NCBI RefSeq assembly: GCF_036365525.1
Contig: NC_090387.1
Location: 43,019,404 to 43,083,403 of the forward strand
Reading direction: 5' to 3'
Origin: Heterodontus francisci
Taxonomy: Eukaryota
DNA: 64,000 nt
Below are positions 12,372 through 25,996 of the stretch, piece after piece. The notes under the pieces were generated by a model, which ran no database searches, had not been told where the DNA came from, and worked only from the letters and a program-made list of their open reading frames with translations. The position numbers and the translations under genes were made by a program. Position 1 is the first letter of the stretch; every line of letters starts with the position of its first letter.

Positions 12372-13199
12372 ACAAGGGAATCTTACCCTGCAGGTAGAAA
12401 AGCCACAATCTCAGCCATGAGCATGACCAGATTTTGCATGAAATACTTGCACTGTAGTAATAAAATTTTTAGTGCAAAAGCCACATTCCTGTCGGGCCAG
12501 AAGGAAAGGATCAGGCTGTGGAGTTGGCTCGGATGGGGCATGTGGTGTGGAAGCACAGAGTGGGGAGGGAGGAAAGACCACCTCAGGGGCCAGAGATGGG
12601 GGAAAGGATGGTTCAGGCCCCAAAGAAGACATTAAGTGCAGGATCATTAATGCTCCCACGAGACCATACCCCATTCTTTGGCACCAGAATATCAGGATGC
12701 AGTAAAGTTTCCATCCCTTCTGGTGAACTCCTGCTGTAGTTATTTCAAGCATCCGCTGGATTGGCCATAGATTATCAGGGGTCTACTTATGGGTTTAAAC
12801 TTTTGCAATTATTTGAAATTTATGAATTCCTATGGTCATGTTAATAAAAATTCTGTGTTAACCTGTTACGTTGTAATTACACTTTCCAGTAGTAGTCCTG
12901 ACTTCAAGGCTTCTACAGAAAACAGCTGCTACCAGACATCAGTGCACTAGAAGGCCTTCACTTTGCAATACAGTATGACTTGGAGAATAAGCAGAGACCA
13001 CATAGAGCAGAACAAGCTGCTAGAAGAGGGAGGGAGGAAAGAAGGGGGGGGGGGAACTAAAAAGGACAACCTAGACAGCCCCTTTCTGCCGGAGCTGCAT
13101 GTGAAGAACTCCTTCTAACAGTGAGTTATCAGTAACTCTAACCTCAATTTCCCATTCACCAGTAGTGCCACATTCCTTACCTTCCCTCTGTCACATTGT

Positions 13200-15680
13200 C
13201 GTGGTCACAGTGCAAAGAAAAAGGCTCCACAAAATAAACATTCCAACCTAAATCTATGCAGGATATCATGCCATACTGCATACAAACTAATCACCCTTGT
13301 ACATTCCCCATAGTGTCTGTCTTCCATGTGTCTTTGCCTAGTGCTTCTGCACAATGCTGCCCTAGTGTCAGTCGAGGAGACTGCAGATGGCCTTAGTGGA
13401 TGACCTCGAGCAGCTCTGGGCCTACAAGGCTCAATTTCACACTACACCATCTGGACATGGGCGGCAGCAGTCTGACCTGGCTGGCTGACATACAACAGCA
13501 AGGGCACTGGCAGAGTAGCAGAGCTAGGAGCACGAATGCGGTCATCTGAGAGAGAGGACAGCAGGTTCGTATTCCATGGGGCCATGTCACTTTCCCAGGG
13601 TGGTGCCTCAGCCATCCAATAATCTGTAGAGTACAAATTGCTGGCCTCCTGTGACACCCTGCAAGCCTCTTTCATCGCCACAGAATCACTTGCAATGGCT
13701 TCTCTTCCTGCTCCCGCACCATTACCTCTGGTGTCCCCCAAGGATCTATCCTTGCCCCCCTTCTATTTTTCAACTACATAATCAGAAAACACAGCATTAG
13801 TTTCCATATGTATGCAGACGAGACCCAGCTCTACTGCTCCACCAACTCTCTTGACCGCTCTGCTATCTTTAAATTATCATGCTGCTTGTCCAACATCCCA
13901 TGCTGGATGAGCAGAAATTTCCTCCAACTAAATACTGGGAAGATCGAAGCCATTGGTCTTTGTCTCCATTCCCCAACCACTGACTCTATCCCTCTCCCTA
14001 GCCAACTGTCTGAGGCTGAACCAGACTTTTCACAATCTTGGTGTCATACCTGACCCAGAGATGAGTTTCCAACTACAAATCCACACCATCACTAAACCAC
14101 CTATTTCCACCTCCAAAACATCACTCGACTCCACCCCTGCCTCAGCTCATCTGCTGCTGAAACCTTCATCCATGCTTTTATTATCTCTAGACTCGATTAT
14201 TCCAATGCACTCCTGGCTGGCCTCCCACGGTCTACCCTATACAAGCCTTAGGTCATCCAAAACCCTGCTGCCAATATCCCAACTCACACTAAATTCTGTT
14301 TACCCAGCACCTGTGTTCGCTGACCTACATTAGCTCCGGGTTATGCATCACTTCAATTTTAAAATTTCTCATCCTTGTTTTCAAATCACTCAATAGCATT
14401 GCTCCTCCCTATCTCTGTAATCTCTCCAGCCCTACAACTCGTGAGAAATCTGCGCTCCTCCAATTCTGGCCTCTTGATCCTCCCTGATTTTAATAGCTCC
14501 ACTATTAGCATCAGTGCCTTCAGCTGCCAAGGCCTTAAGCTCTGGAATCCCCTTCCTAAACCTTGCCATCTCTCTTCCTCTCTCAGCTCCTTTAAGGCAT
14601 TCCTTAAAAAAACTGATTTGACCAAGCTTTTTGTCATTTGCCCCATTATCTCCTCATGTAGCTCAGTGTCAAATTTTGTTTAATAACAGTCCTGTGAAGT
14701 GCCTTGGAACCTTATACTAAGTTAAAAGTATTATATAAAATACAAGTTGTTGTTGTTGTTGTAACACTGGTATCTGCAACCATGATGGCAGCAGTCCCAG
14801 CTTGCATGACAGCAAGCTGATCATGCATGACTTCAGTTTGAGCTTCCATGGCAGCACTCAGCCTTCTGGTAGAAGCTGCATATGCTGAAATGGAAGCCGA
14901 GACATTGGCCATCCGACGCAGCATCATGGTTGGGCCCATGAATGCGCTGATGGAGTTGGCTACAACTTCCAAGCTGCAAAGGATGGGCTCTAAGCTCTGC
15001 ACAAAGCCCTGTGTTTGCAGCAGTGCTAAGTGTGTGAGAGTGAGGTGAAGCATGAGTGTTAGGTATGTCCTGATTTATAGAGATTGTTGATTGGCAAGTG
15101 ATGGGGGTCTGAATGGGGGTATGGTGAATTGAGGCTTGTGGTGCATTTGAAGGTGCATTTACTGACCTTGACCACTCTTGTGAGGTCACTGAACTTCTTG
15201 TAGCACCGTATTCAGGTCTGTGAGGCTTGACTCTTGGCATTGCCCTCCACAGCTATCTATTCCCATTGCCTTTTGATCATGTGTCCGGAGAGCCCCAGTT
15301 CACTGCAGATATCGGACATCTCTCCTACTTTCCATCTCCTCCAAGGCTTCCAACGCAATGTCTGAAAGACTTGGAACCGGCTCTCTCCCATGTTGTGCCA
15401 TTGTTTACTATTTCCTGCATGACTACAGGCACCAGCTCCAGCCACAATGTACCTTCCCTTTAAACAGTGCAGGCTAGCTTTAAGTGGTGCTGGGAAGTTA
15501 TGATTTTGGGCCCCCTGCTGATGCATGCGGCCAATGAACAGTGCAGTTATTGCCGGTTGCATGCAGCAATCATTCTAATGAGAAGTTGGCGTGCTACCTG
15601 CATTTCAATCAACAAGCGCACGTTAATCATGCATAGCGGTCCCCACAACCATTTTCGGGGCTATCCAATATAGTTCCCAT
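13200..15680 (-). mobile_element. PIF/Harbinger remnant, Myb/SANT-like ORF, interrupted by L2
   Basis: Minus strand about 15400-15165 reads LSDIALEALEEMESRRDV..KRQWE*IAVEGNAKSQ..RCYKKFSDLTRVVK followed by GTCAGT, resembling a Myb/SANT-like (MSANTD/NAIF1-type) domain. Confidence 0.65.
13678..14762 (+). mobile_element. L2 LINE 3' fragment
   Basis: GVPQGSIL, MYADETQLY, WMSRNFLQLNTGKIE and SRLDYSN motifs, with a (GTT)n tail. Confidence 0.88.
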
Positions 15681-15888
15681 TGTCTATTGGTTAAGACATT
15701 TAAAGAAGGCATCATCCGCTTTCTCAGGTGAACATTTGTTCAGCTTCTCAGTTACATTTGACACCTCTGGAACATATACCTCCTGTAAAGCCTCCTTTGT
15801 ACAAAGAATGCAGTACATAACTTGCATTTATATATTTCCAATTGGAATTTCAGATTTAACTCCTTTTAGCCATTCAGAAGGCATGCTG

Positions 15889-18018
15889 GAACCTGTCATA
15901 GCCGCTAAGCGCATTGCACTGTTGAACTACAAGAAAGCCCCCAGCGAGTTAACATCCGTAGCACTTAAAGCAGTCAGAAGCGCTGCACAAACAACAGCCA
16001 GACGCTGTGCAAATGACTACTGGCAACACCTCTGCAGTCGTATTCAGCTGGCCTCTAACACCGGAAACATCAGAGGAATGTATGATGGCATGAAGAGAGC
16101 TTTTGGGCCAGCCATCAAGAAGATCGCCCCCCTCAAGGACCGCTGGGTGGAGCACTACCTAGAACTGTACTCCAGGGAAAATGTTGTCACTGAGACCGCC
16201 AGTCTCTGCCAGTCATGGATGAGCTGGATGAACAGCCAACAAAATCAGAACTCAGTGATGCCATTGATTCTCTAGCCAGTGGAAAAGCCCCTGGAAAGGA
16301 CGGCATTACCCCTGAAATAATCAAGAGTGCCAAGCCTGCTATACTTTCAGCACTCCATGAACTACTTTGCCTGTGCTGGGATGAGGGAGCAGTACCACAG
16401 GACATACGCAATGCCAATATCATCACCCTCTATAAGAACAAGGGTGACCGCGGTGACTGCAAAAACTACTGTGGAATCTCCCTGCTCAGCATAGTGGGGA
16501 AGGTCTTCGCTCGAGTCGTTTTAAATAGGCTCCAGAAGCTGGCTGAGTGTGTCTACCCTGAGGCACAGTGTGGCTTTCGAGCAGAGAGATCCACCACTGA
16601 CATGCTGTTCTCCCTTTGCCAGCTACGAGAAATGCCGTGAACAACAGATGCCCATCTACGTTGCTCACATTGATCTCACCAAAGCCTTTGACCTCGTCAG
16701 CAGACGTGGTCTTTTCAGACAACTAGCAAAGATCGGATGTCCACCAAAGCTACTAAATATCATCACCTCATTCCATGACAACATGAAAGGCACAATTCAA
16801 CATAGCGGCGCCTCATCAGACCCCTTTCCTATCCTGAGTGGTGTGAAACAGGGCTGTGTTCTCGCATCTACACTGTTTGGGATCTTCTTCTCCCTGCTGC
16901 TCTCCCTGCGTTCAAGTCTTCAGAAGAAGGAATTTTCCTCCACACAAGATCAGGGGGCAGGTTGTTCAACCTTGCCCGTCTAAGAGTGAAGACCAAAGTA
17001 CGGAAGGTCCTCATCAGCGAACTCCTCTTTGCTGATAATGCTGCATTAATATCCCACACTGAAAAGTGTCTTCAGAGACTCATCGACAGGATTGCGGCTG
17101 CCTGCAACGAATTTGGCCTAACCATCAGCCTCAAGAAAACGAACATCATGGGACAGGATGTCAGAAATGCTCCATCCATCAATATCGGCAGCCATGCTCT
17201 GGAAGTGGTTCAAGAGTTCACCTACCTAGGCTCAACTATCACCAGTAACCTGTCTCTCGATGCAGAAATCAACAAGTGCATGGGAAAGGCGTCCGCTGCT
17301 ATGTCCAGACTGGCCAAGAGAGTGTGGGAAAATGGCGCACTGACACGGAACACAAAAGTCCAAGTGTATCAAGCCTGTGTCCTCAGTACCTTCCTCTACA
17401 GCAGCGAGGCCTGGACAACATATGTCAGCCAAAAGCGACGTCTCAATTCATTCCATCTTTGCTGCTTCCAGAGAATCCTTGGCATCAGGCGGCAGGACCG
17501 TATCTCCAACGCAGAAGTCCTCAAGGCGGCCAACATCCCCAACATATACACCCTACTGAGCCAGCGGCGCTTGAGATGGCTTGGCCATGTGAGCTGCATG
17601 GAAGATGGCAGGATCCCCAAGGACACATTGTACAGCGAGCTCGTCACTGGTATCAGACCCAGCAGCTGTCCATGTCTCCGCTTTAAAGACATCTGCAAAT
17701 GTGACATGAAGTCCTGTGACATTGATCACAAGTCGTGGGAGTCAGTTGCCAGTGATCGCCAGAGCTGGCGGGCAGCCATAAAGGTGGGGCTAAAGAGTGG
17801 CGAGTCGAAGAGACTTAGCAGTTGGCAGGAAAAAAAGACAGAAGCGCAAGGGGAGAGCCAACTGTGTAACAGCCCCAACAACCAATTTTATCTGTAGCAC
17901 CTGTGGAAGAGTCTGTCACTCTAGAATTGGCCTTTATAGCCAACTTCACAAACCACTGACCACCTCCAGGCGCTTACCCATTGTCTCTCGAGACAAGGAG
18001 GCCAAAGAAGAAGAAGAA
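15889..18018 (+). mobile_element. RTE-clade LINE, 5'-truncated and frameshifted
   Basis: PGKDGITPE, EAQCGFRAERST, IDLTKAFD, GVKQGCVL, LLFADNA. (GAA)n tail. 13-bp TSD AGAAGGCATGCTG at 15876-15888 and 18019-18031. Confidence 0.93.
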
Positions 18019-21000
18019 AGAAGGCATGCTGTACTTTAAACGTAGTATTCCTCCATTCAAAAAGTTACAATTAAGCACCTCTACGCACATATTTTCAAGT
18101 AGGTCACAGATATCTCCACCATCACAGTCAACGAGATGGACATAAATTCTGAGCATACGTTGAATTGTGAGATGGACATCTACAGCTGTATTCATGTCAT
18201 CATGAGAAAGGGCCGTCATTGTCACAGGTTTTTGGCCTAGTGACTGAGACAAAGGTTGGCAAATCTCATCCCAGCCAAATTAGATACATTCAGTATCTCG
18301 ATGATTTCAACCAACTCAACCTTCTGGTTGGGAACCAGTGCTCCAAGTGCTAGCCAAACAAAATCCTCCTTCAAACATCACTAGCTGTGATCCCAACAGA
18401 TGAAAGTATTCTTTAAAACCAATGAATAGGCACTGATTTTTGTTGGGTTCATAAGTGGTACTTTTAACAAATGATATCTATGCAGTATTTAGTTTACTTC
18501 AGATACTTTATATAGCTCAAATTATATGTATCAATTTAATTAAAGAAATGAATGAGATACTATTAAAATACCTTTGAAAATTAATGTTTCTTACAGGAAC
18601 CAAATGAAGGGTGTTTTTTTACAGATGGAATCAAGCTGACCTAGATTTCCATTGTTAGTTATAAACCTAAGTGAAGCAGTAACTTTCTGCTGGACAAACT
18701 AAGTAGATTTGCACTTCAGAAAAACAAAAACTTGAATTTCAAAGAAAAAAAGAACATAACTCAAATTTCACTGAAGTCAAACAAGCCATCTGGGAAACAA
18801 GATAAACATCAATCGACTTACTTGTCTGAGATATCACTGCAGTGCCACTTATAGATCTATAGTCTCACAAAAAGCTCCCTTTCACTAGAAAAAGCAACAT
18901 CATAAGTTGTTTTTGTTTAAAGTCTGAAGCAGACAATTTTAGTTAACGCTAAAATTGGTGACAACGCCAATGGCTTTTACTTCTGGCTAAAGCATGTGCT
19001 CCTCACAATGCTTCTTGAAAATGTATCTATATACTATGTGCAGGAAGGAAACAATGAAACCTTCAATCAGCCACACCCTTTTTGTATTAATTGCTAAAGA
19101 GTAGCAGCTCTTTTCCAGTGGCGCCTTGCAATAATGCGTTGCTGTTAAATCATTTTGTGATTTTAATGCTGTGATTTAAAAAGCATTCCATTATTCTGAT
19201 GTTTGCACATGATTTGCCAACCACTGGTAACATGTTCAAGCTTTTGTACACAGAGAATATGGGAAAAAACAAAAAAATGTTAAAAATGATGACATCATTC
19301 CAAATGAGTAAGCTCTTAGAAATGCACCCTGAGGGGTTTTATTTCCTTACTCCAGAGCAACATAACACCATCCGGCTGATGTGCTGTTCTCTTGCTTTTG
19401 GAATGAAGCCATCTTTGTGAATGCCTGGTTCATGCAAGTTAATCAATTTGAGGTTTAGTTACACTGCTGAGGCTTGCATTCTGTAAATTGGTAGAAAGTA
19501 ATTCTAACTTGTAAAACGTATTAACCAAATAGCTATTACCTTTAAATACTAGCACATTATGTTACCTTACTACCTGATAAAAAAAAATACTTAAAATCTC
19601 AAACATGTTCTTCAGCAGTTGATTTATTATGTGGAACTCTAATGTAGCCCATGTACAGATGCTGGTAGCTGCACTTTTCAAATGATTTACACAAGGGATC
19701 TTTAGCCCTCAGTGGTATCACAGCAACCAATGCATCCCAAAGAAAATATTTGATTTTTTTTTTAAAAAACAGAGCATTACACACTACACTGTGGCAGGAT
19801 TTTTTCTGACCCATTATGGCAAAACAGTTTAATGTCCAATATTTGGAAAATGAAATGCATGTAAAGTATATTACATATAAGGCTTCAGAGTAAACAGGAG
19901 CACCAGATGTTCTTTGATGTTAATAATGGCATTTATTATTAATATTAATTAGACTGCATTCAGAAATACATTTGGGCCACTTCCAAGTCAATTAACCAAA
20001 ACGGCATTCGGGAGATAGTCTGAGCGACATTTTAAGGCAGGTGTTCTGCAGTCCCTAAAAAGACAATATTGTAGATTTAGAAATCGCTGTCATTGCTATT
20101 GGTATAGTTTGGTTAGTTAAGTGCAATGACTGAACCCAGAAAGGTAAACATTTATTCATATTTTATGCGTAAGACGATTAAATCCTCTTTGTTTTATATT
20201 TTCAGCAGAGGCAGTACCATACTTAGGCACATTAACAAGCTGTACAATTATTTATCAACAACATGCTTTGGATGGTATATTTATGCTACAATGCACTTTT
20301 CACTGCTGAAAATTAATGAACATGCCTCTCACACAACACACAAGCACCTGAGCTGCCAGAAAGATAATCCAAATTCATTTTTAATACTATACGCTTGGGT
20401 GACATCATTTTAGTTCTGATTTTAAACAACCTGGTTTTAAGCCATTGATCACAGAAACTGATATTGACAAAATTACAAAAAGATCCTTTTCACAGGTGTT
20501 TTCAATATGCTCCTTCTGCAAAAATATATATATTTTGAAACTAAATTTATATCTGCAAAAGTCATTCTAGATATAGTTTCCATAAAAACAAAATCAATCA
20601 TTCTTTTGTTTGGGAAGCTTAACATTTTCGGAATGCATTCTGATTATCCCATAGTCAAATGATGCATAAAAGGACTCTTCTGATAACAATTTATCGATTT
20701 CTCTTGCCAGTTATTCTATTATTTTCAGAGGTGCAGGGAAGAAGCTAAGTAACTGACTATTAAATATAACAAGCATACTGAAATAATAGTCTGATTTCAA
20801 GTAAATTTACAGCCAGTGTGTTTCTACACAAGGACAAAAGGGTTGTTTTGTTGCATAAAAATCATTACAGACGATATAAGTAACTTGAATGTAGAAAAAA
20901 AAGTAATCTACTGTGACTTGTGCTGCAGCTGGTTAGCACAGTATCAACCAGAGGCAGGAAATCTTTGCAGGGTGGGAATAAAAAATGAATCGCTCAAACA

Positions 21001-21164
21001 ATTGCTTGCAACAAGATGCAAAGGATCATCACTACAGGTTTAAGAGCAGGTAGCCCTGCTCAACATTTCCATCCCTGGAGCAGATAAATACTTTGCTGGT
21101 TACTGCAAAATGCTCTACTTGGATCAAATTTGAACTATAGGATTCAACTTTCCGAAATGTATAT

Positions 21165-21791
21165 TGCTCCGACCGAAATGGGAGGAGTGCAGTATTTATT
21201 CTAGTTCCACTTCTCCACCGGTCACAACATATATTTAAATTTTTTCACACTTATCAATACGGTCAATCATAGACGGCATTGAGAATTAATTTAGAGGGCT
21301 TTTTTTCAAAGACAGGAGACAAGATGAGTTGACACAGTGGTCTTCTCAGGGCTGGGTTGTGGTCTTCTCTCCTTCCTTGGGAATTCTCTTCTCTCCTTGG
21401 AAGTCCTCTCCCTTTTTATACAGTTCAACCCCAACTCAAAATAATTCAAAAGTGAAACTGGCAACAGGAGGTCAATCTTTTGACCTCCATCAATCTTGAC
21501 CTGTCACTTCTTTGTAAACAACTTCTCCAGGTGTCCAAAGTACTTTGTTGTTTATTGAGCTGGAAGGCTTGTTGTTGTTGCTGAAAGTCAGGTGGGTTCC
21601 CGGAAAGGCTTGCTTTCCTCACAAGACCTCTCAATGCCCCTTTTAAAAACATTTCCAGGTACTGTTTTTCAAAGTCAAATGGCCTTTACATGACCTCCTT
21701 TGAAAACCCCAAAGTTTAACATTTCTTCAATCTTTCAAAAATTAATCCTCAAAAAATATATTTAACAAAACACAGAGGCACTTAGGTAACA
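21165..21791 (-). repeat. 3' LTR of the Gmr1-type element (internally deleted)
   Basis: Matches 29415-29522 and about 31115-31669. The middle part is missing. Confidence 0.85.
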
Positions 21792-22103
21792 CCTCCATCC
21801 TTGGAGGAATGCATCACCATTTTTAAATGCACTTCATTACAAAGTGTGGAAAAATTGAAGATGAAAAATTTTTAAACACACTTTCACACTCATACTCATT
21901 CACTCTTTTCTTGTAGCTAATACAGTTCTGCTTTGTACCATATTTGCACTTAGATAACTCAAAGCAAAGTTAGCTTCTAGATAAAGCATCTGCAATCATA
22001 AAATTTTGTCCTGCAACATGGCTAATCTTTAAATGATAGGGCTGTAATAGTAAACTCCATTGGAATAGACTGGCATTCTGATTTTTGAACTTTTCCACGA
22101 AGG

Positions 22104-23110
22104 CTAGGGGGTTATGATCAGTATATACCAGTGTCTTTCTGTAGTCATGGCAGACATAGACTTCAGAACTGGTAATAAGCTCAGGGTTTCTTTTTCCACT
22201 GTTGAATATCTCTTTTGGTGTTGATTTATCTTCTTGGAAAAGTATCCCACTGGCCTTTCTATACCTGATTCATCGCCTTGTAACAAGACTGCACCGACAC
22301 CCAGGTCACTAGCATCAATTGCTACCTTGAAGGGCTTAGTGAAATTTGGACCAGCCAACACTGGTTCATTAATTGAAATGGCTTTCAGCCTCTCAAAAGA
22401 TGCTTGGCACTCCTCTGACCACCCAACCTTGGTTTTCTTTTTCTGTAGTAAATCTATTAGTGGAGCAGCTATAATAGTGAAATTCGATACAAACTTTTGG
22501 TAGAAATGGCACATCCCCAAAAACCTTATGATTTCTCACTTAGTCTTAGGGGTAGGGAACTCCAGCAATGCTTCTACTTTTGCTGTGCTTGGCAACACTA
22601 GTCCATGCCCTACTATATGCCCTAGGTAGGTCACTCTCACTTTCACAAATTCACTTTTGACAAGGTTAATTACAAAATCAGCCAATTGTAATTTTCTAAA
22701 CAGAGCTTCTAGTTGTTCCAAATGGTCCTTCCAAGTGTCACTGTATACCAGCACATCATCAAGGTAAACTACACAGTTAGGAACACAAGCTACCACTTGG
22801 TTCATCAGTCTCTGAAAGGTTGCTGGGGCATTTTTTAGCCCAAATGGCAGCAGGTGGCATTGGAAAAGACTGTCTGGTGTGACAAAATTTCTTTAGCTCA
22901 GGGTGTTAAAGGACCTTGCCAGTATCCCTTTGAGAAATCTATTTTTGTAAGAAACATGGCACTGCCCACTCTGTCAATACAGTCTTCCAAGCGAGGTATT
23001 GGGTCGGAGTCTGTCTTTGTTACTGCATTAACTTTTCTGTAGTCTATACAGAGTCTAGTTGAATCATAAGGTTTCGGCAGTAATAGTACTTGGGAACTCC
23101 AGCTGCTTCC
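22104..23110 (-). pseudogene. Gypsy RT/RNase H fragments
   Basis: RLCIDYRKVNAVTKTDSDPIPRLEDCID, VVYLDDVLVYS, FKVAIDASDLGVGAVLLQ, YSTVEKE. Confidence 0.9.
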
Positions 23111-23922
23111 ATTGGGTTCAATTGGGGAACCATTTGGTATGGTGTTGGTAGACTGAGTTGGACCTTCACTGAAAACAAAAGCGGGACACCAATATATACT
23201 CACTATTATGGATATGGCTACTCAGTTCCCAGAGGCCATTCCCTTGAGAATAATTTCTGCTAAGATAGTGGTAGAGAAGTTAACCCAGTTCTTAACTAGA
23301 TCTGGATTACTGATTGAGATTCAGTCAGATCAAGGTTCCAATTTTATATCTAAAATTTTTCAGCAAGTTATGGGTAATTTGGGTAGAAACTGGTATGGAA
23401 ATTAGAGGTGCTGGCTTTATGGCAGGTTGCGGTTTTCCCACAATCTGGCACACTTTACAAAACTGCACCACGTCCTTGGAAAGACCTGGCCAGTAAAAAT
23501 GTTGAATAAATTGTGATTTGGTCTTCTGTATCCCCACGCATCCCACTATAGGAATTTCACCGCTATCCTTAATAGTTCCCAGTGGTTTTCCGGCATATAT
23601 TGGATTTATGCTTTTACCTGGGCCTGTTTCTCTGGGCTTAAGCGATTAAGGATGCTGTTTTATAGGAAAGGATTCCCCTCCATCCACATCATGTATGGCT
23701 AAGGTTGTACATCCCGGCTTATCCCTACAGACTCTTTTAAATGCTGTGAGTAGTCTTGTTAGGTCTTCTCATTCTGCATCTAAATATGAAGGAATAGTGT
23801 CCAATCTCCCTAACAATTCAGTATTCGCTAACCGGATAGCAGGAGGCTCAATTTGAAAATTGTTTAGGCCTCCTTCTGTCTCATCCTTACTATCACTTTC
23901 ATCCTTCACGCATCTCTACTAC

Positions 23923-25412
23923 CTAACATACATGTGCTTGATTATCCTCCTCCCAGCGAAAATATTGTTTTAATATATTGATATGACACAGCCGATTCTT
24001 TTTCCGGCGACCTGGGGTGTCAATCAAATAATTTACCATACCAATTCTCTTGACCACTTTATATGGACTACTGAACCGTGCTTTCAACAGTTCACCCTGT
24101 AAAGGCAGTAATAATGATACCTCTTCCCCGGGTTGAAATATTTGGGTCTTAGCATGCTTGTCTGCCCATTTCTTCATAGTTGTTTAGGATGCTTTAAGAT
24201 GTTCTTGAGCCCCTTTGCAAGCTCTCATGAGCCGTTCCCAGAACACGGATACATAATCTAGCACAGAAGATTCATCCCGCTGTTCGAAAAACCTTTCTTT
24301 AATTAGTTTTAGAGGACCTCTTATCTCATGTCCATGAACTAATTCAGGAGGACGAAAACTGGTAGATTCATTCGTTGAATCCCTAGGGGCAAACAAAAGA
24401 AATTCTATCCCTTCATCCCAATCATGGGGATATTCATAACAGTACGCCCTGATCATCATTTTGAGGGTCTGATGGTACCTTTCTAAAGCTCCTTGTGGCT
24501 GTGGGTGGTATGCTGAAGACTTTAACTGTATTCTACATAAATTACCCATAACTTCCTGAAAAATTTTAGACATAAGATTGGAACCTTGATCTGACTGACT
24601 CTCAAGCAGTAATCCATATCTAGTGAAGAACTGGGTTAACTTTTCTACCACTATCGTAGCAGAAATTGTTCTCAAGAGAATGGCCTCTGGGAACCGAGTC
24701 GCCATATCCATGATAGTGAGCATATATTGGTGTCCCACTTTTGTTTTCAGTGAAGGTTCTACACAGTCTGCCAACAACCTACTAAATGGTTCCCCAAAGA
24801 CAATTAGAGGCGCCGGTTTTATGGCAGGTTGCGGTTTTCCCGCAATCTGGCACCTTTTACAAAACTGCACCATGAAAGACCTGGCCAGTAAAAATGTTGA
24901 CTAAAATGTGATTTGGTCTTCCAGACCCCCACGTGTCCCGCTATAGGAATTTCATGCACTATCCTTAATAGTTTCCGGCGATACTTTGGCAGTACCACTA
25001 CCTGATGAACTACTGTCCATTCTTCATCTGTAGGTCTGTGAAGAGGTCTCCACTTCCTCATCAGAATCCCATTTTTAATATAATAGCCTTCTGGAACTCC
25101 TTTTGCCTCAGCTTCTGTTACAGCTGATTGCGCCACTTTATTTAACTCTGGATCAGCTTGCTGAGCCGTGATCAGAGAGGACTTATTAAATATTTCCTTC
25201 GGATTATGTAAATCCCCAAAGAAAGTTTCAGATATTCGACTATCTGATGGTGCCAATTTTACCTCCGACAAAGGAACTTGTTTAGCTATTGCTCCGGTTA
25301 CTACACATGAAGGAAACATTCCTGGAACCTTTTCCTGTAACTGTTCAGTCTCCTTAACTTCACTTGGTTTTTCCGTGACTACTGGAGAAGCTACTACCTT
25401 CGCTCCGGCCAC
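23923..25412 (-). pseudogene. Gypsy integrase (HHCC, DDE, C-terminal domain)
   Basis: HEIPIAGHVGVWKT..HFYWPG, CKRCQ, IMDMATRFPEA, QSDQGSN, SSAYHPQPQGALERYHQTLK, ARFSSPY. Confidence 0.9.
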
Positions 25413-25584
25413 ATCATTCCCCAGGAGTAGGTCAACTCAGTCTACTATGGACAACTCCCATAGCTACTGTTGCAGACATTAGGTCACACTCTAGGTGCAC
25501 CCGCAACAAAGGTATGGGTATATACTCCCCACCAATGCAATTCACTAAAACATTAGCATTCAGTGTGCTCTCTGGTGGAAATGT

Positions 25585-25926
25585 ATTTATTTATTTAGAG
25601 ATACAGCACTGAAACAGGCCCTTCGGCCCACCGAGTCTGTGCTGACCAACAACCACCCATTTATACTAATTCTACATTAATCCCATATTCTCTACCACAT
25701 CCCCACCATTCTCCTACCACCTACCTACACTAGGGGCAATTTACAATGGCCAATTTACCTATCAACCTGCAAGTCTTTGGAGGTGGGAGGAAACCGGAGC
25801 ACCCGGCGGAAACCCACGCAGACACAGGGAGAACTTGCAAACTCCGCACAGGTAGTACCCAGCACTGAACCCGGGTTGCTGGAGCTGTGAGGCTGCGGTG
25901 CTAACCACTGGGCCACTGTGCCACCC
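25585..25926 (-). mobile_element. tRNA-derived V-SINE (HE1-like)
   Basis: A/B-box head GGTGGCACAGTGG..GGTTCAGTGCTGG, V-domain GTGGGTTTCCGCCGGGTGCTCCGGTTTCCTCCCAC, (TAAA)n tail, TSD AAATGT. Confidence 0.85.
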
Positions 25927-25996
25927 AAATGTTATGCCTTTCCCCAGGAAAATAGTTTAGGTGGCTTCTGTATCCCTACGTATAACTATAGGTTTA

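Noticed and set aside
25585-25926. tRNA-like sequences (also 53478 and 54880)
   Set aside because: They are SINE heads with A/B boxes but no complete cloverleaf, so they are not tRNA genes.
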